A stretch of 64,000 bases of DNA, taken from assembly GCA_023515725.1 (NCBI GenBank), contig JALDTO010000179.1, positions 198,039-262,038 of the forward strand, written 5' to 3'. The notes under the pieces are model-generated. The model worked only from the letters and a program-made list of their open reading frames with translations, had not been told where the DNA came from and ran no database searches. Of the stretch, positions 63,233 to 64,000 are shown piece by piece. Position numbers and translations under genes: made by a program. This stretch comes from Amoeboaphelidium protococcarum X5. Lineage: Eukaryota; Fungi; Aphelidiomycota. The first letter of the stretch is position 1. Every line of letters begins with the position of its first letter.

Positions 63233-64000
63233 TGATATATAGTTTTGTAAATTGAGTAAACGGAATTCACGAAGATAATTAAACGTGGCTTAATCCCCAA
63301 TGATCAAAGGCAAAGAGAGAAGACTGCGACCCTTAAATACTCACAAGAAACTTGCGAAAATAAGGAGCTTACTCAAAAACTTGAGTATAATTTAGATGGT
63401 TTTCAATTCCGTGATGTACCTCGTTATCATAGTACAGAGACAGATAGATAGTCCACTGTTATGAAAGCGTGTACAATACCGTCAGAGTGAAACAAATTCT
63501 ATTCTGAATTTCAACGCGCGCCGATCAAAGAAGATCGTTCTCACTGCTCGCTCTCCTTATCATCAATCATAATTCATTTTCATCATCTTCATCATTTTCG
63601 CGATTATTGTCATTCTGTCGACCGCCCGCTCGACCGACCGACTACAAGACTAAAGAGCGCTGAGTAAGTGGCTTGAGCATCGGCATCTCAATCCTCCCCT
63701 GCTTGTGAAATTAAACGTTTCGTTATTATTCAAAGTATAAGAAGGGTGATTTGATTTAGTTGTCTGCGTGGATAGCGATGTAATTACATAGAAAGACGGC
63801 TGTCAAGATCTCGATATGCATCCTAGTCTGGGTATTCATCTCATTGCTCATATTTAATTAAAGAGTCTGGACTTCCACCAGGCACCTAATCTCTCGCTAT
63901 AGTGCTGATAATTTAGGTAATATTGCTATATACTTTTTTTGAGAAGCTGATTTGTGTGCTGACCATTCATGTATTGCAAATTTTCATGTGTAGAATGGTA

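Noticed and set aside
63240-64000. Possible gene at the right edge
   Set aside because: Only short ORFs without motifs. Likely promoter or UTR sequence.

Overview
Compact, intron-poor eukaryotic DNA (introns about 50-75 nt) of fungus-like origin. It uses a non-standard nuclear code: TAA and TAG encode Gln and TGA is the only stop, so the supplied ORF track is fragmented. Combined with the gene content (division-1 chitin synthase, trifunctional FOL1, 161-aa tropomyosin, DUG3, VID27), this points to an aphelid such as Amoeboaphelidium protococcarum (inference). Re-translation gives about 35 protein genes, an intron-containing tRNA-Ile(UAU), a TTAA-flanked MITE, and relics of a copia element, a RecQ/TLH-like helicase and NSE4/RapGAP fragments. 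The most notable locus is 51.8-54.3 kb. It holds a Fanzor (eukaryotic TnpB-like RuvC) ORF whose catalytic RuvC-II Glu position is a TAG (Gln) and which carries an NLS-like and acidic insert. It is followed by an unidentified, highly base-paired ~420-nt RNA-like element with an apparent Pol III terminator. Other oddities are a TAF10/ATG5 start-stop overlap, a PAS-fused HRI-like eIF2-alpha kinase, a signal-peptide MATH-BTB-like protein, and gene ends that may record or challenge the codon reassignment. All calls come from manual translation and motif recognition; no searches were run.
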